A DNA stretch of 64,000 nucleotides from Myxococcota bacterium (GTDB lineage: Bacteria > Myxococcota > UBA4151), in assembly GCA_036338695.1 (NCBI GenBank), contig JAYZBQ010000048.1:32001-96000 (forward strand), given 5' to 3'. Shown piece after piece: positions 17,186 through 27,004 of the stretch. Every line of letters begins with the position of its first letter. The first letter of the stretch is position 1. Below the pieces are notes generated by a model. It was not told the origin of the DNA. It did no database searches and was given only the letters and a program-made list of their open reading frames with translations. The translations under genes and the position numbers were made by a program.

Positions 17186-20077
17186 TCAGATCTCTGCTGA
17201 CTCTGCGCCTGGACGCCCATGGCAATGTTTATACTTCTTCCCGGAGCCGCACCAGCAAGGGTCATTCCTCCCTATCTTCGGCCGATCGCGACGAACCGTC
17301 CCCTCTTCGGCGCCGCCTGCCACGCGTCCCGTGTAGGTGGCGGCTTTGCGCGCCCGCCGGCTGCTGCGTTGCTCACCCGCCTGGGCAGCACGGCGCTGCT
17401 CCTCGATCAATCGACGTGCACGAGCTCGACGCTCCGCCTCTTCGCGAGCGACCGCCTCCTCATCGACGAGGTCGACACGGAACAGCTGCATCAGCGCGTC
17501 TCGGCTGACGCGATCGAGCATCGCCGTAAACAGCGTAAAGCCCTCTCGGCGGTACTCATGACGCGGGTCCTTCTGACCGTAACCCCGCAGATAGATCCCC
17601 TCTTTGAGGTGGTCCATCTGGGTCAGGTGCGCCTTCCAGTGATGATCGATGCTGCGCAGGTAAAACGTCTGCGCCAGATCATCGTAGGTCGCCCCCGAGA
17701 ACTCCGCTCGTCGCTTCTCGTGCTGACGGGCGATCGCTGAGTAGATGTAGTTCCCGAGCTCCATCTGGTAGGCGGCGCGATCGGGCACGTCACCGCGTCG
17801 TAAACCACTGAGACTGAGAGGCACATCAAAGACCTTGAAGCACTCGCCCTCAAGCGCCTCGAGCGACCAATCGGATGACGGCTGCATCACCGGGCAGAAA
17901 CGACCGACCGTGTCGATCACCGTGCTCTCGACGCTGTCGCGCACGCGCTTGTCGAAATTTTCACCCGCGAGGATCTCGCGCCGCAGCCCGTACAGCGTTG
18001 CCCGCTGCTGGTTCATGACGTTGTCCATCTCGAGCACGTTTTTGCGGATACCGAAGTTGTAAGCCTCCACCCGCTTCTGCGCCCCCTCGATCTGACGGCT
18101 CACGAGGCGAGAGTCGATGACGTCATCCTCCTTCATCCCGCCCCAGCGCTCCATCATGCCCTGCAGCTTCTCGCCAGCAAAGCGGCGCATCAGGTCGTCT
18201 TCCAGGCTCAAAAAGAATTGCGATGAACCCGGGTCGCCCTGACGCCCGGAGCGACCGCGCAGCTGATTATCGATCCGCCGGCTCTCATGACGCTCCGAGC
18301 CCAAGATGTGCATCCCGCCCGCAGCGAGGACCTTGTCTTTTTCGCCCGCCATCTCGGACTCAGCCTTCTCGAGCTCCACCGCATACTCGGCGATCAAGCC
18401 CTCAACGAACTTGGCGGCTTGGTCATGCAACGCTTGATCCTGCTCGGCTGGGTAGTCCTCCTCAGCCACGGCTTGAGGGTCGATCAGCTCGGGGCGTCCA
18501 CTCATCCATTTAAAGGTCTCACCCGCAACCTCCTGGTTTCGGGCTCGAATGACGCGCTCACGCGCCAAAAACTCGGGGTTACCACCGAGCAAGATATCCG
18601 TACCACGCCCCGCCATGTTGGTGGCGATGGTGACCGCCCCGAGGCGACCTGCCTGGGCGACGATCTGGCTCTCTTTGGCGTGATGCTTTGCGTTGAGCAC
18701 CGTATGCTCGACCTCGCGCCGCGCCAAGAACCGGCTCAGGACCTCAGAGCGCTCAACCGAGGCGGTCCCGACAAGCACCGGCTGACCCTTATTTTGGCGC
18801 TTCTCGATGTCATCGCAGATGGCCTCGAACTTAGCTCGCTCGGACAAGAAGATGAGGTCCGGCTCGTCGATACGAGCGATCGGCTTGTTGGTCGGGACGA
18901 CCACGACGTCCATACCGTAGACGCTCATAAACTCTTCCCGCTCGGTCTCAGCCGTACCGGTCATGCCGGACAGCTTCTCATACATGCGGAAATAGTTCTG
19001 AAAGGTGATGGTCGCGAGCGTGTGGTTCTCACGCTGAATACGGACACCCTCTTTCGCCTCGACCGCCTGGTGCAGGCCGTCGCTCCAGCGCCGACCGTCC
19101 ATGAGGCGCCCGGTAAATTCATCGACGATGACCACCTCACCGCCCGTGACCACATAGTCGACGTCGCGCCGGTACACAGCGTGAGCACGAAGCGCCTGGT
19201 TCATATGGTGCACCATCTCGATGTGCTGCATATCGTAGAGGTTGTTGACCCCAAGCAGCTCCTCGACTCGGTGCACCCCGCGCTCGGTCAGCGTCACCGA
19301 CCGGCTGCGCTCCTCCACCACGTACTCCACGTCGCGACGCAGCTTCGGGATGAGGCGATCGGCTTTGTGATAGATCTCTTCGCTCAACTCGGCAGGCCCC
19401 GAGATGATCAGCGGCGTACGCGCTTCGTCGATCAAGATCGAGTCGACCTCATCGACGATGCCGTAGGCGAGCGGTCGCTGAACCATCTCATCGTGCGCAA
19501 ACTTCATGTTATCGCGCAGGTAGTCGAAGCCGAACTCGTTGTTCGTTCCGTAGGTGATGTCGGCGTGATAAGCCGCCCGGCGCGTCTCATCGCTGATGTC
19601 GGCGGTGATAATCCCGGTCGACAAACCAAGCCAGCCGTACAGCTTGCCCATCCACTCCGCGTCGCGACGAGCGAGGTAGTCGTTGACGGTGACCAGGTGC
19701 GCGCCGCGCCCGCTGAGCGCGTTGAGATAAACCGGGAGGGTCGCGACGAGCGTTTTCCCTTCACCGGTACGCATCTCTGCGATCTTACCTTCGTGAAGCA
19801 CCATCCCGCCTGCGAGCTGGACGTCGTAGTGGCGCATGTCGAGCACACGCTTACCCGCCTCACGAACGACGGCGAAGGCAGGCGCTAAGATCGAGTCCAG
19901 GCTGGCGCCGTTCTCAAGCTTTTCTTTAAAGACCGCCGTCTGAGCTCGGAGGTCATCATCGCTCAGCGCAGCAAACTGCGGCTCGAGCTGATTGATCCGT
20001 GTAATCGCCGGCCGGAGCTTCTTGATCACGCGATCCGAGCGCGTGCCAAAAACCTTCTCTACGTACTGCTTCACCAT
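17186..20077 (-). CDS. secA: Preprotein translocase ATPase SecA
   Basis: MRTGEGKTL, DEVDSILIDEARTPLIISG, TNMAGRGTDI, SEC-C motif CWCGSGKKYKHCHG. Confidence 0.98.
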   Translation of the reverse strand: MVKQYVEKVFGTRSDRVIKKLRPAITRINQLEPQFAALSDDDLRAQTAVFKEKLENGASLDSILAPAFAVVREAGKRVLDMRHYDVQLAGGMVLHEGKIAEMRTGEGKTLVATLPVYLNALSGRGAHLVTVNDYLARRDAEWMGKLYGWLGLSTGIITADISDETRRAAYHADITYGTNNEFGFDYLRDNMKFAHDEMVQRPLAYGIVDEVDSILIDEARTPLIISGPAELSEEIYHKADRLIPKLRRDVEYVVEERSRSVTLTERGVHRVEELLGVNNLYDMQHIEMVHHMNQALRAHAVYRRDVDYVVTGGEVVIVDEFTGRLMDGRRWSDGLHQAVEAKEGVRIQRENHTLATITFQNYFRMYEKLSGMTGTAETEREEFMSVYGMDVVVVPTNKPIARIDEPDLIFLSERAKFEAICDDIEKRQNKGQPVLVGTASVERSEVLSRFLARREVEHTVLNAKHHAKESQIVAQAGRLGAVTIATNMAGRGTDILLGGNPEFLARERVIRARNQEVAGETFKWMSGRPELIDPQAVAEEDYPAEQDQALHDQAAKFVEGLIAEYAVELEKAESEMAGEKDKVLAAGGMHILGSERHESRRIDNQLRGRSGRQGDPGSSQFFLSLEDDLMRRFAGEKLQGMMERWGGMKEDDVIDSRLVSRQIEGAQKRVEAYNFGIRKNVLEMDNVMNQQRATLYGLRREILAGENFDKRVRDSVESTVIDTVGRFCPVMQPSSDWSLEALEGECFKVFDVPLSLSGLRRGDVPDRAAYQMELGNYIYSAIARQHEKRRAEFSGATYDDLAQTFYLRSIDHHWKAHLTQMDHLKEGIYLRGYGQKDPRHEYRREGFTLFTAMLDRVSRDALMQLFRVDLVDEEAVAREEAERRARARRLIEEQRRAAQAGEQRSSRRARKAATYTGRVAGGAEEGTVRRDRPKIGRNDPCWCGSGKKYKHCHGRPGAESAEI

Positions 20078-20134
20078 CCATCACCCCAGACCTGCTCGAG
20101 CAGGACACTCCGAAAGCACGACTTTCGTTTAACT

Positions 20135-21058
20135 TCAATCGAGGATGAAGTACTCGGGGTCTGCAGCGACGCCATCGACCAACACCTCGTAATGTAGGTG
20201 GGGACCTGTCGACCGACCAGACATTCCAACGCTGCCGATGCGGTCCCCGCGACGCACTGTGTCTCCAGCGCGCACCGCAGCATCCGCGAGATGTGCATAC
20301 TTCGTCATCATGCCAAAGCCGTGGTCAACCATCACCACCAGCCCGTAACCTGTTTGTTCTTCTACCTTGATCACCGCCCCATCGGCGGGGCTCACGATCG
20401 GTGTGCCGATCGAGGCCGCAAAATCGATCCCGCGATGCATGGTGTTGCGACCCGTCATCGGGTCTTTGCGCATACCGAACCTGCTGGTCAGCCAGCCTTT
20501 CGTCGGACGCAGCGCCGGGGTTGAGGCCAGGCGAGCTTGCATCGCCTCAAAGTGACGCGCCAAAGCCTCGAGCTGCTCGACTTGATGGTTCGCCTCATCG
20601 AGCAGCCCGTCCATGCGCTCACTCATGAGGTGCTCTCGCGCTTGGCGCAGCAACGGGTGCTCGCGATCACCCCAAGGCGAGTCGTACTTGGAGTCCGGGT
20701 CGTCGACCGGCCCGATCGCCAGTCGGCGCCCGGGGTCCGAGAGCTGTGCCAGCTCGCGCAGACGCTCCTCAAGCGCGTCGACCTGCTCGAGCCGCTGCGC
20801 CAGCGCCCCCATCTTTTCCTGCGTTCGCTCGACCTGAGCGCGCAGCTCAGTGCTGCGGTCTTCGCCCTGTTGCACCTGCCGACCCTGAAGCCAGCCGCGC
20901 ACCCCAAAGAAGCTCACCAGCGCAACGCCTACGACCGCAAACAGCGCGCTCGCTACGACGGCACGGAGCCATCGTCGCCGAAACACAAAGTACCGCGTAC
21001 GCCCGCTTCGTTCGGGCGTGAGCGTGACCGTGTAGTGCTCATTGCGGCGGTTTTTCAG
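20135..21058 (-). CDS. M23 family peptidase with N-terminal TM helix and coiled coil
   Basis: HRGID, YAHL and STGPHLHYEV motifs. Start proposed at CTG 21058 (see findings); the ORF track starts at 20986. Confidence 0.9.
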   Translation of the reverse strand: MKNRRNEHYTVTLTPERSGRTRYFVFRRRWLRAVVASALFAVVGVALVSFFGVRGWLQGRQVQQGEDRSTELRAQVERTQEKMGALAQRLEQVDALEERLRELAQLSDPGRRLAIGPVDDPDSKYDSPWGDREHPLLRQAREHLMSERMDGLLDEANHQVEQLEALARHFEAMQARLASTPALRPTKGWLTSRFGMRKDPMTGRNTMHRGIDFAASIGTPIVSPADGAVIKVEEQTGYGLVVMVDHGFGMMTKYAHLADAAVRAGDTVRRGDRIGSVGMSGRSTGPHLHYEVLVDGVAADPEYFILD

Positions 21059-21195
21059 CGCGACCTCCCAAGCGACCGGCTCTGGCTAGAGTCTGGTCGT
21101 ACGCCCGTCAAGCATTCCCCTCGCCCATGACAGCGTCCACGAGCGCCAGTTTAGTCCTATTTTGGGCGCAAGCAAGAAGCGGCGACAGGCAGCGC

Positions 21196-21975
21196 CTACT
21201 CGGCTGCAGAGGCGCCCTGGTCCACCGAGACGCACAGGGCGGTGATGTTGTCCTCACCGCCGTGAGCACAGGCGAGTTCGATCAACATCTTTGGGCATTG
21301 CTCAACGAAGTGGCTTCGGAGCACGTCGGCGATCTCGTCATCCGTGACCATACCGTTGAGGCCATCGCTGCAAAGCAGCAAGAGGTCACCTTGCTCAAGC
21401 GCAACGTAGTAGAGGTCGACCTCGACCTCTGCGTCGACCCCGATCGAGCGGGTGATGATGTTGCGGTATTGGCTGACGCGCGCCTGCGCCTCGGTCATGA
21501 GCCCAAGCCGAACCTGCTCGGCGACCAGGCTATGGTCCATCGTCACCTGATACAGCTGATTCTGACGCAGCAAATAGGCGCGGGAGTCACCGACATGCCC
21601 GATAAATGCCTGCTGCCCCATGATGAGGACAGAGGTCACCGTCGTCCCCATACCCTGAAGTTCGGGGTGGTCCGAGCTGGCTTGGTAGACGCTCCTGTTG
21701 GCGCGTTTCATCGCCTCGCGCAGGGCTCCCACAGCCGGCGAGTCCTCACTCGGCTCACCCTCAATTGCGCCTTGCTCATCCAGCGCCGTGCGATGCTCAA
21801 GCAGGCTCTCGCGGACCACCTCAACCGACATCGACGACGCCTTCTCGCCCGCTCGATGGCCACCCATACCGTCGGCGACGATGAACAGACCGAGGTCGTG
21901 ATCCACGAGGAAGCTGTCCTCGTTTCCTTCACGCACTAGCCCGACGTCGGTGGCGGCTGAGACGGTTAAATGCAC
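21196..21975 (-). CDS. PP2C/Stp1-family Ser/Thr phosphatase
   Basis: TDVGLVREGNEDS, VADGMGGH, HVGDSRAY, CSDGL, GGEDNIT. Confidence 0.95.
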   Translation of the reverse strand: MHLTVSAATDVGLVREGNEDSFLVDHDLGLFIVADGMGGHRAGEKASSMSVEVVRESLLEHRTALDEQGAIEGEPSEDSPAVGALREAMKRANRSVYQASSDHPELQGMGTTVTSVLIMGQQAFIGHVGDSRAYLLRQNQLYQVTMDHSLVAEQVRLGLMTEAQARVSQYRNIITRSIGVDAEVEVDLYYVALEQGDLLLLCSDGLNGMVTDDEIADVLRSHFVEQCPKMLIELACAHGGEDNITALCVSVDQGASAAE

Positions 21976-22117
21976 CGTGATCTCCTACTCGGACGCGCCG
22001 GTTGCCACGTGGTCCTACGCCGAACAAGGTAATTGTTCTGCGTGGTAGCGTTTACCCGGTTGTTCGATGGCGCTGCGTTTTGTAGCGTCGGAGCGCAATG
22101 GTCTTACGAGGTGTGAA

Positions 22118-22876
22118 TTGGACTTCGCGACACTAGTCGGTCTGGTCGCTGGCGTCGGGCTCGTCGCCAACGCGATCGTGAGCGGCGGTAATGCCATCAT
22201 CTTCGTCAACCCGCCATCGCTCATGATCGTGGTCGGTGGGACGCTGGCGGTGGTTTTGATGAAGTTCCCGATGGGCGAGGTCTTCAACTCGTTTCGGGTC
22301 CTCAAGAACGCATTTTTCTTTCAAGCGCCCTCGGCGGTTGAGATCATCAACCAGATCATCGAGATGGCGATGTTGGCGCGTAAAGAGGGTGTGCTGGCGC
22401 TTGAGAGCGTCGAGCCGGAGGACGCCTTTCTGCGGTCTGGAATTCAGCAGGTCGTGGACGGCGTCGACACCGGGCACATCAAGCGGGCGATGAACCAAGA
22501 GCTCGACCAGATGGTGGCGAGGCATGACGTGGGCATCTCGATCTTTAAAATGGGCGGTGACGTGGCGCCCGCCTTCGGGATGATCGGGACGCTGATCGGA
22601 TTGGTTCAGATGCTCTCGGCGATGGAGGACCCCTCGGCGATCGGACCGGCGATGGCGATCGCCCTGCTGACGACCCTCTACGGCGCCTTTATGGCGAACG
22701 TGTTCTTCCTACCCATTGCCGACAAGCTGGCCTTTCGCTCAGAGCAAGAGCTGTTTGTTCGCAAGCTGATGCTCGATGGGATCTTAGCTATCGGACGCGG
22801 CGAGACGAACCCAAACCAACTCAAGACCATGCTGGGCGCCAACCTTGCGCCCAAGGAGCGTGAGCAGTTGGAGTAG
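22118..22876 (+). CDS. motA: Flagellar-type stator A subunit (MotA/PomA)
   Basis: TTG start behind GAGG gives MDFATLVGL; PPSLMIVVGGT, ARKEGVLALE, APAFGMIGTLIGLVQML, AIALLTTLYG. Confidence 0.92.
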   Translation: MDFATLVGLVAGVGLVANAIVSGGNAIIFVNPPSLMIVVGGTLAVVLMKFPMGEVFNSFRVLKNAFFFQAPSAVEIINQIIEMAMLARKEGVLALESVEPEDAFLRSGIQQVVDGVDTGHIKRAMNQELDQMVARHDVGISIFKMGGDVAPAFGMIGTLIGLVQMLSAMEDPSAIGPAMAIALLTTLYGAFMANVFFLPIADKLAFRSEQELFVRKLMLDGILAIGRGETNPNQLKTMLGANLAPKEREQLE

Positions 22877-22882
22877 TGACTG

Positions 22883-23773
22883 ATGGAAGAAGAAGAACTC
22901 CCACCAGTCCTCGACGACACGGAACTCTTCGCCAGCGCTCATGAGACGCGCGCGGCGACTATCGCCGAGCTCGAAGCTGACGAGCCCAAGCCGCTGCTCG
23001 CCGACGACGACTTCGACGACGAAGAGGAAAAGGTCCGCTACAAAAAGGTGTTCGTTGGCGCCCCCATGTGGGTGGTCACTTTTGGTGACCTGATGAGCCT
23101 CCTGCTCACCTTCTTCGTGCTCATCCTCAGCTTTTCCACCATGGATCCGGTCAAGTTCAAGGTAGTGCGCGGGTCGCTCGATACGGCGCTCGGGATCCAA
23201 AAGAAGATCTCGGCGAAGAGCATGCCGCGCGCCGACAATATGATCGCGACCGAGTTCAGCCGGCGAGACTTCAACAAGCAGATCGAGAGCATCCTCAAGA
23301 AGGCGCTGCGCGACACCTTCCCGCCGGGGCAAGAGCCGGGGCGCGTCGAGAAGGTCAATGATATCCGCGGCGAGGTCGTGCGCTTCATCGCGTACGATCT
23401 GTTCCTGCCAGGAAGTGAGGCGGCGGCTCCCAAGGCGAAGACCGTCTACCAGGTGATGGCTGATACGCTGGTGAACATGAACGCACGGATGGAGGTACGC
23501 GGCATCGCCCTTGAGCGCTTTGCGCAGGACCTGCGGCAACGTGGTCAGGCACGCCGCGACGGCGTGACTCCTGTTCGCGTCGCCGCTCGACGGGCGGTCA
23601 TAGCGAGCCGGGGCGTTCAGAGCCGGCGCCCGCGCGAGATCAGCAGCCGAACCGTCCTACCCGGTGTCACACCCGGGCTCTCGCAGAGCGAGCCGCCCGG
23701 CGTCGTCAACCTGACTGAGTTCGTCTTTTTAGCACCCGATCAAACCCCTGCGGATCGCGAGGGGACGCCATGA
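22883..23773 (+). CDS. motB: MotB-like stator B subunit with acidic N-terminal extension and degenerate OmpA-like domain
   Basis: WVVTFGDLMSLLLTFFVLILSFS TM/plug motif; the C-terminal domain lacks the HTD, NxxLSxxRA and NRR motifs. Confidence 0.75.
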   Translation: MEEEELPPVLDDTELFASAHETRAATIAELEADEPKPLLADDDFDDEEEKVRYKKVFVGAPMWVVTFGDLMSLLLTFFVLILSFSTMDPVKFKVVRGSLDTALGIQKKISAKSMPRADNMIATEFSRRDFNKQIESILKKALRDTFPPGQEPGRVEKVNDIRGEVVRFIAYDLFLPGSEAAAPKAKTVYQVMADTLVNMNARMEVRGIALERFAQDLRQRGQARRDGVTPVRVAARRAVIASRGVQSRRPREISSRTVLPGVTPGLSQSEPPGVVNLTEFVFLAPDQTPADREGTP

Positions 23774-24555
23774 CCAAGATCGTCTTGAAAGTCACAAAAG
23801 GTGCGCCCGCCTGGGTCGTCACGTTCGGTGACCTCATGAGCTTATTACTGACCTTCTTTGTCCTCTTGCTCAGCTTCTCACGCGTGTCCGTCTCTCAGCG
23901 CTATCAGGAGGTTAATGGCACGCTCAAAAACGCCTTCGGCTTGGCGCAGACGACGTCGGTTTCGACGCCATCAGCGATGGATCTGATCAAGATTAACGAC
24001 GACTTCACCATGACCGCCACAAAGATCGAAGAAGAGCTACGCAAAGAGGTGGTCCCGAGGTTCCCGCTCGACGAAAAGAAGATCGAGAAACCCGAAGTCA
24101 TCCGCCGCAAAGACCGGGTCATCCTGCGCTTCAATGGTGAGGCCATGTTCCCCTCGGGCAAACAAGAGATCGACCCACGGTTTCACGCCTTCCTCGACTC
24201 GGTGGCGGCACGCGCCGCAGCCAACAAGGTGAACACGATCATCGAAGCCCACACCGACAACGTCTCCTTTCGAACGCGCCTCTTTTCGTCAAACAGCGAC
24301 CTGAGCACCGCTCGGGCGGCTCAGGTTGCGGGTTACATCACCAGCGTTCAGCGTTTGAGCGCAGCGCGTGTGCTCGCGATCGGTAAAGGCCCTTACGAGC
24401 CGCTTCATCGCAACAACACCCGCAAAGGCCGCGCAAAAAACCGGCGTATAGAGATTCAATTCGTCGAAAATATGGCAGAGAAGGGCAGCCTCCGGCTCGG
24501 GACGAACAAAGGGGTCCGCTTCGAGGTCGGCGGGAAAGAGAAGACGCCACCATGA
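23770..24555 (+). CDS. motB: MotB stator B subunit with intact OmpA-like peptidoglycan-binding domain
   Basis: WVVTFGDLMSLLLTFFVLLLSFS; AHTDN, NSDLSTARA, KNRRIEI. Confidence 0.88.
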   Translation: MTKIVLKVTKGAPAWVVTFGDLMSLLLTFFVLLLSFSRVSVSQRYQEVNGTLKNAFGLAQTTSVSTPSAMDLIKINDDFTMTATKIEEELRKEVVPRFPLDEKKIEKPEVIRRKDRVILRFNGEAMFPSGKQEIDPRFHAFLDSVAARAAANKVNTIIEAHTDNVSFRTRLFSSNSDLSTARAAQVAGYITSVQRLSAARVLAIGKGPYEPLHRNNTRKGRAKNRRIEIQFVENMAEKGSLRLGTNKGVRFEVGGKEKTPP

Positions 24556-25340
24556 TCTGGCTCCTGACGCGTCCCAACAGCGACGTCGCCGCCGACGCCG
24601 CGGCGCGCCTGATCGCCTTCGCCGAGCAGCAAGGGGTCGAGTGTCGAACCCTTGCAGGTCATGATCGACCTCAAACCGATGACCTCATCGTGGTCCTTGG
24701 CGGCGACGGGAGCTTGATCCGCGCAGCGCGTCGCTACGGCCACCTGAGCTTACCCATGCTGGCGATCAACCTCGGCCGCCTTGGCTACATCACCGGATTC
24801 AGCGCCGAGCATGCGACGCAAGCGCTCCAAGCCGCGATTGATGATCAGCTGATAGAGGATCAACGCCTGCGCCTTGCGATCGCTTGGGGGGACCAGCGCG
24901 CCGCCGCCCTCAACGAAGCGCTGATCACCGCCGGCGAGCCCGGAAGGATCTGCTCGGTGGCGCTCTCCATCGCGGGCAACCCTGCGACGTCGCTGCGCGG
25001 GGACGGCGCGCTCGTGGCGACACCGACGGGGAGCACCGCGTACGCCTTGAGCGCGGGCGGCCCCGTTCTGCTGCCTGACCTCGAGGCGCTCGTGGTCGTC
25101 CCGGTCGCGCCCCATTCCATCCGCTTTCGTCCCCTCGTGCTGCCCCCGCAACACGTGATCAAGATGACCCCAGAGGAGGACGCCTGGCTCGTCCTTGATG
25201 GTCAGAAGCGCTTCAAAATCAACGCCGGAACGACCGTCACCCTCGACGGAACGGCGCCGCCGCTTCGGCTCCTTAAAGCGGCTGAGCATGACCACCTGCA
25301 CACCCTTCGCAACAAGCTGCACTGGGGCGAGTGGTCATGA
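24552..25340 (+). CDS. nadK: NAD kinase
   Basis: LGGDGS, LNEA, GDGALVATPTGSTAYALSAGGP. Confidence 0.95.
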   Translation: MIWLLTRPNSDVAADAAARLIAFAEQQGVECRTLAGHDRPQTDDLIVVLGGDGSLIRAARRYGHLSLPMLAINLGRLGYITGFSAEHATQALQAAIDDQLIEDQRLRLAIAWGDQRAAALNEALITAGEPGRICSVALSIAGNPATSLRGDGALVATPTGSTAYALSAGGPVLLPDLEALVVVPVAPHSIRFRPLVLPPQHVIKMTPEEDAWLVLDGQKRFKINAGTTVTLDGTAPPLRLLKAAEHDHLHTLRNKLHWGEWS

Positions 25341-27004
25341 TCGCCGAGCTCAGCATCCAGCATCTTGTCCTTGCGGAAGAGGTCGAGCTCCAGCTCGACG
25401 CCGGGCTGGTGGCGCTGACCGGCGAGACCGGAGCGGGCAAGAGCCTGATCGGTCAGGCGCTCGATCTGGTGACGGGGGGCCGTGCGCAGTCCGGTATGGT
25501 GCGGCGCGGCGAGGAGACGGCGCGCATCGATCTGGCGCTCGAGTTTACCGGTCCGCAGCGCGAAGCCATCGACGCAGAGCTCGCAGAGCTCGGCTTACCC
25601 GCCACGGAGTCGGGTCGCGTCGTCGTTCGGCGCGAGCTCAAGGCGGCGGGCGGCACGCGCGCATGGGTCGGGGGAGCAGCCGTTAGCCTGAGGACCCTCA
25701 CCGCGTTATGGAAGCACCGCCTCCGCCGCATTGATCAGGGCGCAACCACCATCTTTGGCAGCCCTGCTGGCAGACTCCATCTGCTCGACAGGGCGCTCAA
25801 GGACCAGAGCCTGCTGTCCCAAATGGCCGACCACGCCAACGCATGGCGGCTCGCGAAGACCCAGCTCGATGAGCTCACCGAACAGCTCGAACGACAGCAA
25901 GACCAACGTGACCTGATGCGACACTGGGTCGACGAGCTCAGCGAGTTTGCGCCCGAGGAGGGTGAGTTCGACGCGTTGATCGAGCAGCGCCGCCACGCAC
26001 GCGAGACCAAGAGCCTGCGCGCTGCGCTGCAACGCGCTGAGACGATCATCGGCTCGGATCGAGGCATGCTCTCGGGCATGAACGAGCTGCGCTCGATCGC
26101 GCTTCAAACCCAAGAAAGTGAGCCGCTCCACGAGCTCTTGAGTCGTGCGGATCAAGCGATCGATGGGTACCTTAGACACCTTCAACTCTGCACCGCTGAT
26201 CTCGCGATGATCGACGAGGACGCCATCCAAGAGCGCCTGTTTCGCTGGCGAGACTTGGCGCGCAAGCACCGCTGTCAGGAGGCGGAGCTCTGCGACTACT
26301 TCGAGCGCTTACAGCTTGAGCTGGCTCAGCTCGACGCCCCCGAGACAGCGCTTGCCTCCGCTCGCTCAGCGGCGCAGGCGGCCTTGAGCACAGCCCGACG
26401 AACGGCGCAAAAGCTCAGCGCGGCGCGCAAACGGGCGGCTCAGGCGGTGCTCAAGCGGCTCGGCGAGTTTTTACCCGAGCTGGGCTTTCAAGGGGCAGAG
26501 CTACGGTTTGAGTTGATGCAACGCGCCGAGCCCAGCGCGCTCGGCTGGGATGAGCTTCAGATCCTCCTTCAAGCCAACCCGGGTGAGGGCTACACCCCGA
26601 TTCAAAGCGGCGCCTCAGGCGGAGAAAAAGCGCGCATCCTGCTGGCGCTGGACTGCTCGTTGCCGCGCACCGACGCGCTCAACACCGTCTTCTACGATGA
26701 GGTCGACGCCGGCATGGGAGGACTCGCCGCGGCAGCCGTTGCGCGTCTGCTGCGGCAACAAAGCCAGGATGTCCAAGTCCTCGTGGTGACGCATCAAGCG
26801 TCGGTCGCGGCGGCAGCGCACCAGCACCTACGCGTCCACAAGCACACCACCAAAGGGCGAACACAGCTGCAGATCGACGACCTCAACGGCGCGGAGCGCG
26901 AGCGGGAGGTCGTGCGCATGACCAGCGGCGATGTGGCGGTCGATGCGGCGCAGGTGGTTGCGCGCGCCTTGCTCGATGAGGGCGGCGAGCGTGCAACTGT
27001 TTGA
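25337..27004 (+). CDS. recN: DNA repair protein RecN
   Basis: TGETGAGKS, ANPGE..ASGGE, DEVDAGMGG, VTHQ; follows nadK as is typical. Confidence 0.93.
   Translation: MIAELSIQHLVLAEEVELQLDAGLVALTGETGAGKSLIGQALDLVTGGRAQSGMVRRGEETARIDLALEFTGPQREAIDAELAELGLPATESGRVVVRRELKAAGGTRAWVGGAAVSLRTLTALWKHRLRRIDQGATTIFGSPAGRLHLLDRALKDQSLLSQMADHANAWRLAKTQLDELTEQLERQQDQRDLMRHWVDELSEFAPEEGEFDALIEQRRHARETKSLRAALQRAETIIGSDRGMLSGMNELRSIALQTQESEPLHELLSRADQAIDGYLRHLQLCTADLAMIDEDAIQERLFRWRDLARKHRCQEAELCDYFERLQLELAQLDAPETALASARSAAQAALSTARRTAQKLSAARKRAAQAVLKRLGEFLPELGFQGAELRFELMQRAEPSALGWDELQILLQANPGEGYTPIQSGASGGEKARILLALDCSLPRTDALNTVFYDEVDAGMGGLAAAAVARLLRQQSQDVQVLVVTHQASVAAAAHQHLRVHKHTTKGRTQLQIDDLNGAEREREVVRMTSGDVAVDAAQVVARALLDEGGERATV

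Noticed and set aside
18330..18570. Insertion in SecA after GTDILLGGN
   Set aside because: Corresponds to the known variable (VAR) region of SecA; no intein motifs.
18287..19888. 533-aa plus-strand ORF
   Set aside because: Antisense shadow of secA, expected from GC-rich codon bias; no motifs.
21976..22117. Sigma54 promoter or LexA box upstream of motA
   Set aside because: GG-to-GC spacing is 11 rather than 10, and the GAAC..GTTC spacing does not fit the GAAC-N4-GTTC box.
22118..24555. Zorya (ZorAB) anti-phage system
   Set aside because: The A subunit is PomA/MotA-sized, lacks the long ZorA cytoplasmic tail, and no zorC/D/E-like gene is adjacent.
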